Source of the DNA: the human T2T-CHM13v2.0 reference genome, Homo sapiens
Strand: one strand, 5' to 3'
Assembly (NCBI RefSeq): GCF_009914755.1
Contig: NC_060939.1
Length of the DNA: 64,000 bases
A program made the position numbers and the translations under genes. Below, in pieces: positions 27,701 through 42,800 of this stretch. Position 1 is the first letter of the stretch. The number at the start of each line of letters is the position of its first letter. The notes below the pieces were generated by a model, which saw only the letters and a program-made list of their open reading frames with translations, ran no database searches and was not told the DNA's origin.

Positions 27701-30700
27701 GAGTCCATTCTATTTGAGTCCATTCCCTTTGATTCCATAACATTTGAGTCCATTCAATTCCATTCCTTTCGTTCCCATTCCATTTGATGCCATTCCATTC
27801 AATTCTGTTCTACTCGACTCCAATACATTCAATTCCATTCCATCCGATTCCATTCCATTCTTTTCATTTCTTATCCATTTCAAGCCATTCCACTCCATTC
27901 CATTCCACTCGTTTCCTTTCCATTCGAGTCCATTCCTCTCCAGTCCATTCCGTTCAATCCATTCCATTCCAGTCCATTCCATTCGAGTCCGTTCCATTCC
28001 AGTCCAATCCATTCGAGTCAATTCCATCCCATTCGATGTCTTTCCATAATGATCCATTCCATTCTATTCCTTTCGATTCCATTCCATTCTATTTCATTCC
28101 ATTCGATTCCCTTCCATTGGACTCCTTTCCATTCGAGTGCATTCCATTCCGTTCCATTTCTTTCCGTTCTGTACGATTCCTACCGTTCGATTTCATTTTG
28201 TTCCAGTCCATTCCTTTCGCGTCCATTCCATTCCATTTCACTCCATTCGATTCCATTCCACTCGATTCCACTTCGTTCCATTTCATTGCATTCCATTCTA
28301 TTCAACTCTATTGCCTTCCATTCCATTCCATTCGATTACATTCCATGCGATTCCATTCGAAATCGAATCAATTACATTGCAATCCATTACTATTGAGTCC
28401 GTTTTATTCCAGTCCACTGCATTCTGGTCCATTCCATTTGATTCCATTCCATTCTATTCCATTCCATACAGTTGCATTCCATTGGATTCCATTCTATATC
28501 TATAAATTCAATTCGAGACCATTGCTTTTGAATCCATTCCATAGGATTCCATTCCATTCAAGTCCATTACATTTGATTCAATTCCATTCCATTCCATTCC
28601 CTTCCATTCCATTCCAGTTGATATCAATCCATTCGATTCCATTCCATTCGAGCACATTCCATTTGAGTCCATTCCATTCGATGCCATTCCATTTGATTCT
28701 ATTCCATTAGTCTCCAATCAATTCCATTAATCTCCATTCCATTCCATTCTACTCCAACTGATTCCATTCCATTCTATTCCTTTCCATTCCATTTCATTCC
28801 ATTCCATTCCATTTCATTCCATTCCATTCCATTCGCTTCCATTCCATTCGTGTCCATTCCACTCCAGTCCATTCCATTCGTGTCCATTCCATTCCAGTCC
28901 ATTCCATTTGTGTCCACTGCATTCCATTCCACTCCATTCCATATTATTCCATTACACTCCATTCCATTCTATTACTTTCATTTCCATTCAATTCCATTCC
29001 ATTTGATTCCATTCCACTCGGTTTCATTCCATTTGAGTCCACCCCATTGCATTCCATTCCATTCCATTCAGTTCCATTCCATTCTGTTCCATTCCATTCC
29101 GTTCCATTGCATTCCATTCCATTCGGTACCATTCCATATTGTTCCATTCGATTCCATTCGAATCCATTCCATTCCAGTCCATTCCATTCGATTCCATTCC
29201 ATTCCTTTCAATTCCATTCCATTCCATTCCATTCCACTTGATTCCACTCCATTCCCTTCCACTGCATTCCATTCGATTCCATTCCATTGCATTGCATTCC
29301 ATTCCATTGGACTGCATTCCATTCGATTCCATTCCATTCGAATCAATTACATAGCAATCCATTACATTCGAGTCTATTCTATTCCGTTCCGTTCGATTTC
29401 GTTCCAATCCATTCGATTCCATTCCATTCGATTCCATTCCATACTATTGCATTCCATTCGATTACATTATATTTGAATAAGTTCCATTCAAGACCATTTC
29501 TTTTGAGTCCATTCTATTTGAGTCCATTCCCTTTGATTCCATAACATTTGAGTCCATTCAATTCCATTCCTTTCGTTTGCATTCCATTTGATGCCATTCC
29601 ATTCAATTCTGTTCTACTCGACTCCAATACATTCAATTCCATTCCATCCGATTCCATTACATTCTTTTCATTTCTTATCCATTTCAAGCCATTCCACTCC
29701 ATTCCATTCCACTCGTTTCCTTTCCATTCGAGTCCATTCCTCTCCAGTCCATTCCGTTCAATCCATTCCATTCCAGTCCATTCCATTCGAGTCCGTTCCA
29801 TTCCAGTCCATTCCATTCGAGTCAATTCCATCCCATTCGATGTCTTTCCATAACGATCCATTCCATTCTATTCCTTTCGATTCCATTCCATTCTATTTCA
29901 TTCCATTCGATTCCCTTCCATTGGACTCCTTTCCATTCGAGTGCATTCCATTCCGTTCCATTTCTTTCCGTTCTGTACGATTCCTACCGTTTGATTTCAT
30001 TTTGTTCCAGTCCATTCCTTTCGCGTCCATTCCATTCCATTTCACTCCATTCGATTCCATTCCACTCGATTCCACTTCGTTCCATTTCATTGCATTCCAT
30101 TCTATTCAACTCTATTGCCTTCCATTCCATTCCATTCGATTACATTCCATGCGATTCCATTCGAAATCGAATCAATTACATTGCAATCCATTACTATTGA
30201 GTCCATTTTATTCCAGTCCACTGCATTCTGGTCCATTCCATTTGATTCCATTCCATTCTATTCCATTCCATACAGTTGCATTCCATTGGATTCCATTCTA
30301 TATCTATAAATTCAATTCGAGACCATTGCTTTTGAATCCATTCTATATGATTCCATTCCATTCAAGTCCATTACATTTGGTTCAATTCCATTCCATTCCA
30401 TTCCCTTCCATTCCATTCCAGTTGATATCAATCCATTCGATTCCATTCCATTCGAGCACATTCCTTTCGAGTCCATTCCATTCGATGCCATTCCATTTGA
30501 TTCTATTCCATTAGTCTCCATTCAATTCCATTAATCTCCATTCCATTCCATTCTACTCCAACTGATTCCATTCCATTCTATTCCTTTCCATTCCATTTCA
30601 TTCCATTCCATTCCATTCCATTACATTCCATTCGCTTCCATTCCATTCGTGTCCATTCCACTCCAGTCCATTCCATTCGTGTCCATTCCATTCCAGTGCA

Positions 30701-33700
30701 TTCCATTTGTGTCCACTGCATTCCATTCCACTCCATTCCATATTATTCCATTACACTCCATTCCATTCTATTACTTTCATTTCCATTCAATTCCGTTCCA
30801 TTTGTTTCCATTCCACTCGGTTTCATTCCATTTGAGTCCACTCCATTCCATTCCATTCCATTCCATTCAGTTCCATTCCATTCTGTTCCATTCCATTCCG
30901 TTCCATTGCATTCCATTCCATTCGGTACCATTCCATATTGTTCCATTCGATTCCATTCGAATCCATTCCATTCCAGTCCATTCCATTCGATTCCATTCCA
31001 TTCCTTTCAATTCCATTCCATTCCATTCCATTCCACTTGATTCCACTCCATTCCCTTCCACTGCATTCCATTCGATTCCATTCCATTGCATTGCATTCCA
31101 TTCCATTGGACTGCATTCCATTCGATTCCGTTCCATTCGAATCAATTACATAGCAATCCATTACATTCGGGTCTATTCTATTCCGTTCCATTCGAATTCA
31201 TTCCAATCCATTCGATTCCATTCCATACTATTGCATTCCATTCTATTACATTATATTCTAATAAGTTCCATTCAAGACCATTTCTTTTGAGTCCATTCTA
31301 TTTGAGTCCATTCCCTTTGATTCCATAACATTTGAGTCCATTCAATTCCATTCCTTTCGTTCCCATTCCATTTGATGCCATTCCATTCAATTCTGTTCTA
31401 CTCGACTCCAATACATTCAATTCCATTCCATCCGATTCCATTCCATTCTTTTCATTTCTTATCCATTTCAAGCCATTCCACTCCATTCCATTCCACTCGT
31501 TTCCTTTCCATTCGAGTCCATTCCTCTCCAGTCCATTCCGTTCAATCCATTCCATTCCAGTCCATTCCATTCGAGTCCGTTCCATTCCAGTCCAATCCAT
31601 TCGAGTCAATTCCATCCCATTCGATGTCTTTCCATAATGATCCATTCCATTCTATTCCTTTCGATTCCATTCCATTGTATTTCATTCCATTCGATTCCCT
31701 TCCATTGGACTCCTTTCCATTCGAGTGCATTCCATTCCGTTCCATTTCTTTCCGTTCTGTACGATTCCTACCGTTCGATTTCATTTTGTTCCAGTCCATT
31801 CCTTTCGCGTCCATTCCATTCCATTTCACTCCATTCGATTCCATTCCACTCGATTCCACTTCGTTCCATTTCATTGCATTCCATTCTATTCAACTCTATT
31901 GCCTTCCATTCCATTCCATTCGATTACATTCCATGCGATTCCATTCGAAATCGAATCAATTACATTGCAATCCATTACTATTGAGTCCGTTTTATTCCAG
32001 TCCACTGCATTCTGGTCCATTCCATTTGATTCCATTCCATTCTATTCCATTCCATACAGTTGCATTCCATTGGATTCCATTCTATATCTATAAATTCAAT
32101 TCGAGACCATTGCTTTTGAATCCATTCCATAGGATTCCATTCCATTCAAGTCCATTACATTTGATTCAATTCCATTCCATTCCATTCCCTTCCATTCCAT
32201 TCCAGTTGATATCAATCCATTCGATTCCATTCCATTCGAGCACATTCCATTTGAGTCCATTCCATTCGATGCCATTCCATTTGATTCTATTCCATTTGTC
32301 TCCAATCAATTCCATTAATCTCCATTCCATTCCATTCTACTCCAACTGATTCCATTCCATTCTATTCCTTTCCATTCCATTTCATTCCATTCCATTCCAT
32401 TTCATTCCATTCCATTCCATTCGCTTCCATTCCATTCGTGTCCATTCCACTCCAGTCCATTCCATTCGTGTCCATTCCATTCCAGTCCATTCCATTTGTG
32501 TCCACTGCATTACATTCCACTCCATTCCATATTATTCCATTACACTCCATTCCATTCTATTACTTTCATTTCCATTCAATTCCATTCCATTTGATTCCAT
32601 TCCACTCGGTTTCATTCCATTTGAGTCCACCCCATTGCATTCCATTCCATTCCATTCAGTTCCATTCCATTCTGTTCCATTCCATTCCGTTCCATTGCAT
32701 TCCATTCCATTCGGTACCATTCCATATTGTTCCATTCGATTCCATTCGAATCCATTCCATTCCAGTCCATTCCATTCGATTCCATTCCATTCCTTTCAAT
32801 TCCATTCCATTCCATTCCATTCCACTTGATTCCACTCCATTCCCTTCCACTGCATTCCATTCGATTCCATTCCATTGCATTGCATTCCATTCCATTGGAC
32901 TGCATTCCATTCGATTCCATTCCATTCGAATCAATTACATAGCAATCCATTACATTCGAGTCTATTCTATTCCGTTCCGTTCGATTTCGTTCCAATCCAT
33001 TCGATTCCATTCCATTCGATTCCATTCCATACTATTGCATTCCATTCGATTACATTATATTTGAATAAGTTCCATTCAAGACCATTTCTTTTGAGTCCAT
33101 TCTATTTGAGTCCATTCCCTTTGATTCCATAACATTTGAGTCCATTCAATTCCATTCCTTTCGTTTGCATTCCATTTGATGCCATTCCATTCAATTCTGT
33201 TCTACTCGACTCCAATACATTCAATTCCATTCCATCCGATTCCATTACATTCTTTTCATTTCTTATCCATTTCAAGCCATTCCACTCCATTCCATTCCAC
33301 TCGTTTCCTTTCCATTCGAGTCCATTCCTCTCCAGTCCATTCCGTTCAATCCATTCCATTCCAGTCCATTCCATTCGAGTCCGTTCCATTCCAGTCCATT
33401 CCATTCGAGTCAATTCCATCCCATTCGATGTCTTTCCATAACGATCCATTCCATTCTATTCCTTTCGATTCCATTCCATTCTATTTCATTCCATTCGATT
33501 CCCTTCCATTGGACTCCTTTCCATTCGAGTGCATTCCATTCCGTTCCATTTCTTTCCGTTCTGTACGATTCCTACCGTTTGATTTCATTTTGTTCCAGTC
33601 CATTCCTTTCGCGTCCATTCCATTCCATTTCACTCCATTCGATTCCATTCCACTCGATTCCACTTCGTTCCATTTCATTGCATTCCATTCTATTCAACTC

Positions 33701-35300
33701 TATTGCCTTCCATTCCATTCCATTCGATTACATTCCATGCGATTCCATTCGAAATCGAATCAATTACATTGCAATCCATTACTATTGAGTCCATTTTATT
33801 CCAGTCCACTGCATTCTGGTCCATTCCATTTGATTCCATTCCATTCTATTCCATTCCATACAGTTGCATTCCATTGGATTCCATTCTATATCTATAAATT
33901 CAATTCGAGACCATTGCTTTTGAATCCATTCTATATGATTCCATTCCATTCAAGTCCATTACATTTGGTTCAATTCCATTCCATTCCATTCCCTTCCATT
34001 CCATTCCAGTTGATATCAATCCATTCGATTCCATTCCATTCGAGCACATTCCTTTCGAGTCCATTCCATTCGATGCCATTCCATTTGATTCTATTCCATT
34101 AGTCTCCATTCAATTCCATTAATCTCCAATCCATTCCATTCTACTCCAACTGATTCCATTCCATTCTATTCCTTTCCATTCCATTTCATTCCATTCCATT
34201 CCATTCCATTACATTCCATTCGCTTCCATTCCATTCGTGTCCATTCCACTCCAGTCCATTCCATTCGTGTCCATTCCATTCCAGTGCATTCCATTTGTGT
34301 CCACTACATTCCATTCCACTCCATTCCATATTATTCCATTACACTCCATTCCATTCTATTACTTTCATTTCCATTCAATTCCGTTCCATTTGTTTCCATT
34401 CCACTCGGTTTCATTCCATTTGAGTCCACTCCATTCCATTCCATTCCATTCCATTCAGTTCCATTCCATTCTGTTCCATTCCATTCCGTTCCATTGCATT
34501 CCATTCCATTCGGTACCATTCCATATTGTTCCATTCGATTCCATTCGAATCCATTCCATTCCAGTCCATTCCATTCGATTCCATTCCATTCCTTTCAATT
34601 CCATTCCATTCCATTCCATTCCACTTGATTCCACTCCATTCCCTTCCACTGCATTCCATTCGATTCCATTCCATTGCATTGCATTCCATTCCATTGGACT
34701 GCATTCCATTCGATTCCGTTCCATTCGAATCAATTACATAGCAATCCATTACATTCGGGTCTATTCTATTCCGTTCCATTCGATTTCATTCCAATCCATT
34801 CGATTCCATTCCATACTATTGCATTCCATTCTATTACATTATATTCTAATAAGTTCCATTCAAGACCATTTCTTTTGAGTCCATTCTATTTGAGTCCATT
34901 CCCTTTGATTCCATAACATTTGAGTCCATTCAATTCCATTCCTTTCGTTCCCATTCCATTTGATGCCATTCCATTCAATTCTGTTCTACTCGACTCCAAT
35001 ACATTCAATTCCATTCCATCCGATTCCATTCCATTCTTTTCATTTCTTATCCATTTCAAGCCATTCCACTCCATTCCATTCCACTCGTTTCCTTTCCATT
35101 CGAGTCCATTCCTCTCCAGTCCATTCCGTTCAATCCATTCCATTCCAGTCCATTCCATTCGAGTCCGTTCCATTCCAGTCCAATCCATTCGAGTCAATTC
35201 CATCCCATTCGATGTCTTTCCATAATGATCCATTCCATTCTATTCCTTTCGATTCCATTCCATTCTATTTCATTCCATTCGATTCCCTTCCATTGGACTC
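24800..35300 (+). repeat. Local higher-order repeat: ~3588-bp dimer, ~3 copies
   Basis: Anchors are 26000/29588/33176, 27061/30649/34237 and 27784/31372/34960. Markers CATAGGATTCC (~24948, 28540, 32128), CACCCCATTGC, CCGTTTGATTT and CATAATGATCC recur at this period. Confidence 0.88.
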
Positions 35301-38300
35301 CTTTCCATTCGAGTGCATTCCATTCCGTTCCATTTCTTTCCGTTCTGTACGATTCCTACCGTTCGATTTCATTTTCTTCCAGTCCATTCCTTTCGCGTCC
35401 ATTCCATTCCATTTCACTCCATTCGATTCCATTCCACTCGATTCCACTTCGTTCCATTTCATTGCATTCCATTCTATTCAACTCTTTTGCCTTCCATTCC
35501 ATTCCATTCGATTACATTCCATGCGATTCCATTCGAAATCGAATCAATTACATTGCAATCCATTACTATTGAGTCCATTTTATTCCAGTCCATTGCATTC
35601 TGGTCCATTCCATTTGATTCCATTCCATTCTATTCCATTCCATACAGTTGCATTCCATTGGATTCCATTCTATATTTATAAATTCAATTCGAGACCATTG
35701 CTTTTGAGTCCATTCTATATGATTCCATTCCATTCAAGTCCATTACATTTGGTTGAATTCCATTCCATTCCATTCCCTTACATTCCATTCCAGTTGATAT
35801 CAATCCATTCCATTCCATTCCATTCGAGCACATTCCATTCGAGTCCATTCCATTCGATGCCATTCCATTTGATTCTATTCCATTAGTCTCCATTCAATTC
35901 CATTAATCTCCATTACATTCCATTCTACTCCAACTGATTCCATTCCATTCTATTCCTTTCCAATCCTTTCCATTCCATTCCATTCCATTTCATTCCATTC
36001 CATTCCATTCGCTTCCATTCCATTCGTGTCCATTCCACTCCAGTCCATTCCATTCGTGTCCATTCCATTCCAGTCCATTCCATTTGTGTCCACTGCATTC
36101 CATTCCACTCCATTCCATATTATTCCATTACACTCCATTCCATTCTATTACTTTCATTTCCATTCAATTCCATTCCATTTGATTCCATTCCACTCGGTTT
36201 CATTCCATTTGAGTCCACTCCATTCCATTCCATTCCATTCAGTTCCATTCCATTCTGTTCCATTCCATTCCGTTCCATTGCATTCCATTCCATTCGGTAC
36301 CATTCCATATTGTTCCATTCGATTCCATTCGAATCCATTCCATTCCAGTCCATTCCATTCGATTCCATTCCATTCCTTTCAATTCCATTCCATTCCATTC
36401 CATTCCACTTGATTCCACTCCATTCCCTTCCACTGCATTCCGTTCGATTCCATTCCATTGCATTGCATTACATTCCATTGGACTGCATTCCATTCGATTC
36501 CATTCCATTCGAATCAATTACATAGCAATCCATTACATTCGGGTCTATTCTATTCCGTTCCATTCGATTTCATTCCAATCCATTCGATTCCAGTCCATAC
36601 TATTGCATTCCATTCTATTACATTATATTCGAATAAGTTCCATTCAAGACCATTTCTTTTGAGTCCATTCTATTTGAGTCCATTCCCTTTGATTCCATAA
36701 CATTTGAGTCCATTCAATTCCATTCCTTTCGTTTGCATTCCATTTGATGCCATTCCATTCAATTCTGTTCTACTCGACTCCAATACATTCAATTCCATTC
36801 CATCCGATTCCATTACATTCTTTTCATTTCTTATCCATTTCAAGCCATTCCACTCCATTCCATTCCACTCGTTTCCTTTCCATTCGAGTCCATTCCTCTC
36901 CAGTCCATTCCGTTCAATCCATTCCATTCCAGTCCATTCCATTCGAGTCCGTTCCATTCCAGTCCATTCCATTCGAGTCAATTCCATTCCATTCGATGTC
37001 TTTCCATAACGATCCATTCCATTCTATTCCTTTCGATTCCATTCCATTCTATTTCATTCCATTCGATTCCCTTCCATTGGACTCCTTTCCATTCGAGTGC
37101 ATTCCATTCCGTTCCATTTCTTTCCGTTCTGTACGATTCCTACCGTTCGATTTCATTTTGTTCCAGTCCATTCCTTTCGCGTCCATTCCATTCCATTTCA
37201 CTCCATTCGATTCCATTCCACTCGATTCCACTTCGTTCCATTTCATTGCATTCCATTCTATTCAACTCTATTGCCTTCCATTCCATTCCATTCGATTACA
37301 TTCCATGCGATTCCATTCGAAATCGAATCAATTACATTGCAATCCATTACTATTGAGTCCGTTTTATTCCAGTCCACTGCATTCTGGTCCATTCCATTTG
37401 ATTCCATTCCATTCTATTCCATTCCATACAGTTGCATTCCATTGGATTCCATTCTATATCTATAAATTCAATTCGAGACCATTGTTTTTGAGTCCATTCT
37501 GTATGATTCCATTCCATTCAAGTCCATTACATTTGGTTCAATTCCATTCCATTCCATTCCCTTCCATTCCATTCCAGTTGATATCAATCCATTCGATTCC
37601 ATTCCATTCGAGCACATTCCATTTGAGTCCATTCCATTCGATGCCATTCCATTTGATTCTATTCCATTAGTCTCCAATCAATTCCATTAATCTCCATTCC
37701 ATTCCATTCTACTCCAACTGATTCCATTCCATTCTATTCCTTTCCATTCCATTTCATTCCATTCCATTCCATTTCATTCCATTCCATTCCATTCGCTTCC
37801 ATTCCATTCGTGTCCATTCCACTCCAGTCCATTCCATTCGTGTCCATTCCATTCCAGTCCATTCCATTTGTGTCCACTGCATTCCATTCCACTCCATTCC
37901 ATATTATTCCATTACACTCCATTCCATTCTATTACTTTCATTTCCATTCAATTCCATTCCATTTGATTCCATTCCACTCGGTTTCATTCCATTTGAGTCC
38001 ACCCCATTGCATTCCATTCCATTCCATTCAGTTCCATTCCATTCTGTTCCATTCCATTCCGTTCCATTGCATTCCATTCCATTCGGTACCATTCCATATT
38101 GTTCCATTCGATTCCATTCGAATCCATTCCATTCCAGTCCATTCCATTCGATTCCATTCCATTCCTTTCAATTCCATTCCATTCCATTCCCTTCCACTTG
38201 ATTCCACTCCATTCCCTTCCACTGCATTCCATTCGATTCCATTCCATTGCATTGCATTCCATTCCATTGGACTGCATTCCATTCGATTCCATTCCATTCG

Positions 38301-39899
38301 AATCAATTACATAGCAATCCATTACATTCGAGTCTATTCTATTCCGTTCCGTTCGATTTCGTTCCAATCCATTCGATTCCATTCCATTCGATTCCATTCC
38401 ATACTATTGCATTCCATTCGATTACATTATATTTGAATAAGTTCCATTCAAGACCATTTCTTTTGAGTCCATTCTATTTGAGTCCATTCCCTTTGATTCC
38501 ATAACATTTGAGTCCATTCAATTCCATTCCTTTCGTTTCCATTCCATTTGATGCCATTCCATTCAATTCTCTTCTACTCGACTACAATACATTCAATTCC
38601 ATTCCATCCGATTCCATTACATTCTTTTCATTTCTTATCCATTTCAAGCCATTCCACTCCATTCCATTCCACTCGTTTCCTTTCCATTCGAGTCCATTCC
38701 GCTCCAGTCCATTCCGTTCAATCCATTCCATTCTAGTCCATTCCATTCGAGTCCGTTCCATTCCAGTCCAATCCATTCGAGTCAATTCCATCCCATTCGA
38801 TGTCTTTCCATAACGATCCATTCCATTCTATTCCTTTCGATTCCATTCCATTCTATTTCATTCCATTCGATTCCCTTCCATTGGACTCCTTTCCATTCGA
38901 GTGCATTCCATTCCGTTCCATTTCTTTCCGTTCTGTACGATTCCTACCGTTCGATTTCATTTTCTTCCAGTCCATTCCTTTCGCGTCCATTCCATTCCAT
39001 TTCACTCCATTCGATTCCATTCCACTCGATTCCACTTCGTTCCCTTTCATTGCATTCCATTCTATTCAACTCTATTGCCTTCCATTCCATTCCATTCTTT
39101 TACATTCCATGCGATTCCATTCGAAATCGAATCAATTACATTGCAATCCATTACTATTGAGTCCATTTTATTCCAGTCCACTGCATTCTGGTCCATTCCA
39201 TTTGATTCCATTCCATTCTATTCCATTCCATACAGTTGCATTCCATTGGATTCCATTCTATATCTATAAATTCAATTCGAGACCATTGCTTTTGAATCCA
39301 TTCTATATGATTCCATTCCATTCAAGTCCATTACATTTGGTTCAATTCCATTCCATTCCATTCCGTTCCATTCCATTCCAGTTGATATCAATCCATTCGA
39401 TTCCATTCCATTCGAGCACATTCCATTGGAGTCCATTCCATTCGATGCCATTCCATTTGATTCTATTCCATTAGTCTCCATTCAATTCCATTAATCTCCA
39501 TTCCATTCCATTCTACTCCAACTGATTCCATTCCATTCTATTCCTTTCCATTCCATTTCATTCCATTCCATTCCATTTCATTCCATTCCATTCCATTCGT
39601 TTCCATTCGTGTCCATTCCACTCCAGTCCATTCCATTCGTGTCCATTCCATTCCAGTCCATTCCATTTGTGTCTACTGCATTCCATTCCACTCCATTCCA
39701 TATTATTCCATTACACTCCATTCCATTCTATTACTTTCATTTCCATTCAATTCCATTCCATTTGATTCCATTCCACTCGGTTTCATTCCATTTGAGTCCA
39801 CTCCACTCCATTCCATTCCATTCCATTCAGTTCCATTCCATTCTGTTCCATTCCATTCCGTTCCATTGCATTCCATTCCATTCGGTACCATTCCATATT

Positions 39900-42800
39900 G
39901 TTCCATTCGATTCCATTCGAATCCATTCCATTCCAGTCCATTCCATTCGATTCCATTCCATTCATTTCAATTCCATTCCATTCCATTCCATTACATTCCA
40001 CTTGATTCCTCTCCATTCCCTTCCACTGCATTCCGTTCGATTCCATTCCATTGCATTGCATTCCATTCCATTGGATTGCATTCCATTCGATTCCATTCCA
40101 TTCGAATCAATTACATAGCAATCCATTACATTCGAGTCTATTCTATTCCGTTCCATTCGATTTCGTTCCAATCCATTCGATTCCATTCCATTCGATTCCA
40201 TTCCATACTATTGCATTCCATTCGATTACATTATATTCGAATAAGTTCCATTCAAGACCATTTCTTTTGAGTCCATTCTATTTGAGTCCATTCCCTTTGA
40301 TTCCATAACATTTGAGTCCATTCAATTCCATTCCTTTCGTTCCCATTCCATTTGATGCCATTCCATTCAATTCTGTTCTACTCGACTCCAATACATTCAA
40401 TTCCATTCCATCCGATTCCATTACATTCTTTTCATTTCTTATCCATTTCAAGCCATTCCACTCCATTCCATTCCACTCGTTTCCTTTCCATTCGAGTCCA
40501 TTCCTCTCCAGTCCATTCCGTTCAATCCATTCCATTCCAGTCCATTCCATTCGAGTCCGTTCCATTCCAGTCCACTCCATTCGAGTCAATTCCATCCCAT
40601 TCGATGTCTTTCCATAACGATCCATTCCATTCTATTCCTTTCGATTCCATTCCATTCTATTTCATTCCATTCGATTCCCTTCCATTGGACTCCTTTCCAT
40701 TCGAGTGCATTCCATTCCGTTCCATTTCTTACCGTTCTGTACGATTCCTACCGTTTGATTTCATTTTGTTCCAGTCCATTCCTTTCGCGTCCATTCCATT
40801 CCATTTCACTCCATTCGATTCCATTCCACTCGATTCCACTTCGTTCCATTTCATTGCATTCCATTCTATTCAACTCTATTGCCTTCCATTCCATTCCATT
40901 CGATTACATTCCATGCGATTCCATTCGAAATCGAATCAATTACATTGCAATCCATTACTATTGAGTCCATTTTATTCCAGTCCACTGCATTCTGGTCCAT
41001 TCCATTTGATTCCATTCCATTCTATTCCATTCCATACAGTTGCATTCCATTGGATTCCATTCTATATCTATAAATTCAATTCGAGACCATTGCTTTTGAA
41101 TCCATTCTATATGATTCCATTCCATTCAAGTCCATTACATTTGGTTCAATTCCATTCCATTCCATTCCCTTCCATTCCATTCCAGTTGATATCAATCCAT
41201 TCGATTCCATTCCATTCGAGCACATTCCATTTGAGTCCATTCCATTCGATGCCATTGCATTTGATTCTATTCCATTAGTCTCCATTCAATTCCATTAATC
41301 TCCATTCCATTCCATTCTACTCCAACTGATTCCATTCCATTCTATTCCTTTCCATTCCATTTCATTCCATTCCATTCCATTTCATTCCATTCCATTCCAT
41401 TCGCTTCCATTCCATTCGTGTGCATTCCACTCCAGTCCATTCCATTCGTGTCCATTCCATTCCAGTCCATTCCATTTGTGTCCACTGCATTCCATTCCAC
41501 TCCATTCCATATTATTCCATTACACTCCATTCCATTCTATTACTTTCATTTCCATTCAATTCCATTCCATTTGATTCCATTGCACTCGGTTTCATTCCAT
41601 TTGAGTCCACTCCATTCCATTCCATTCCATTCCATTCAGTTCCATTCCATTCTGTTCCATTCCATTCCGTTCCATTGCATTCCATTCCATTCGGTACCAT
41701 TCCATATTGTTCCATTCGATTCCATTCGAATCCATTCCATTCCAGTCCATTGCATTCGATTCCATTCCATTCCTTTCAATTCCATTCCATTCCATTCCAT
41801 TCCACTTGATTCCACTCCATTCCCTTCCACTGCATTCCATTCGATTCCATTCCATTGCATTGCATTCCATTCCATTGGACTGCATTCCATTCGATTCCAT
41901 TCCATTCGAATCAATTACATAGCAATCCATTACATTCGAGTCTATTCTATTCCGTTCCATTCGATTTCGTTCCAATCCATTCGATTCCATTCCATTCGAT
42001 TCCATTCAATACTATTGCATTCCATTCTATTACATTATATTCGAATAAGTGCCATTCAAGACCATTTCTTTTGAGTCCATTCTATTTGAGTCCATTCCCT
42101 TTGATTCCATAACATTTGAGTCCATTCAATTCCATTCCTTTCGTTTCCATTCCATTTGATGCCATTCCATTCAATTCTGTTCTACTCGACTCCAATACAT
42201 TCAATTCCATTCCATCCGATTCCATTACATTCTTTTCATTTCTTATCCATTTCAAGCCATTCCACTCCATTCCATTCCACTCGTTTCCTTTCCAGTCGAG
42301 TCCATTCCTCTCCAGTCCATTCCGTTCAATCCATTCCATTCCAGTCCATTCCATTCGAGTCCGTTCCATTCCAGTCCATTCCATTCGAGTCAATTCCATT
42401 CCATTCGATGTCTTTCCATAACGATCCATTCCATTCTATTCCTTTCGATTCCATTCCATTCTATTTCATTCCATTCGATTCCCTTCCATTGGACTCCTTT
42501 CCATTCGAGTGCATTCCATTCCGTTCCATTTCTTTCCGTTCTGTACGATTCCTACCGTTCGATTTCATTTTGTTCCAGTCCATTCCTTTCGCGTCCATTC
42601 CATTCCATTTCACTCCATTCGATTCCATTCCACTCGATTCCACTTCGTTCCATTTCATTGCATTCCATTCTATTCAACTCTATTGCCTTCCATTCCATTC
42701 CATTCGATTACATTCCATGCGATTCCATTCGAAATCGAATCAATTACATTGCAATCCATTACTATTGAGTCCGTTTTATTCCAGTCCACTGCATTCTGGT

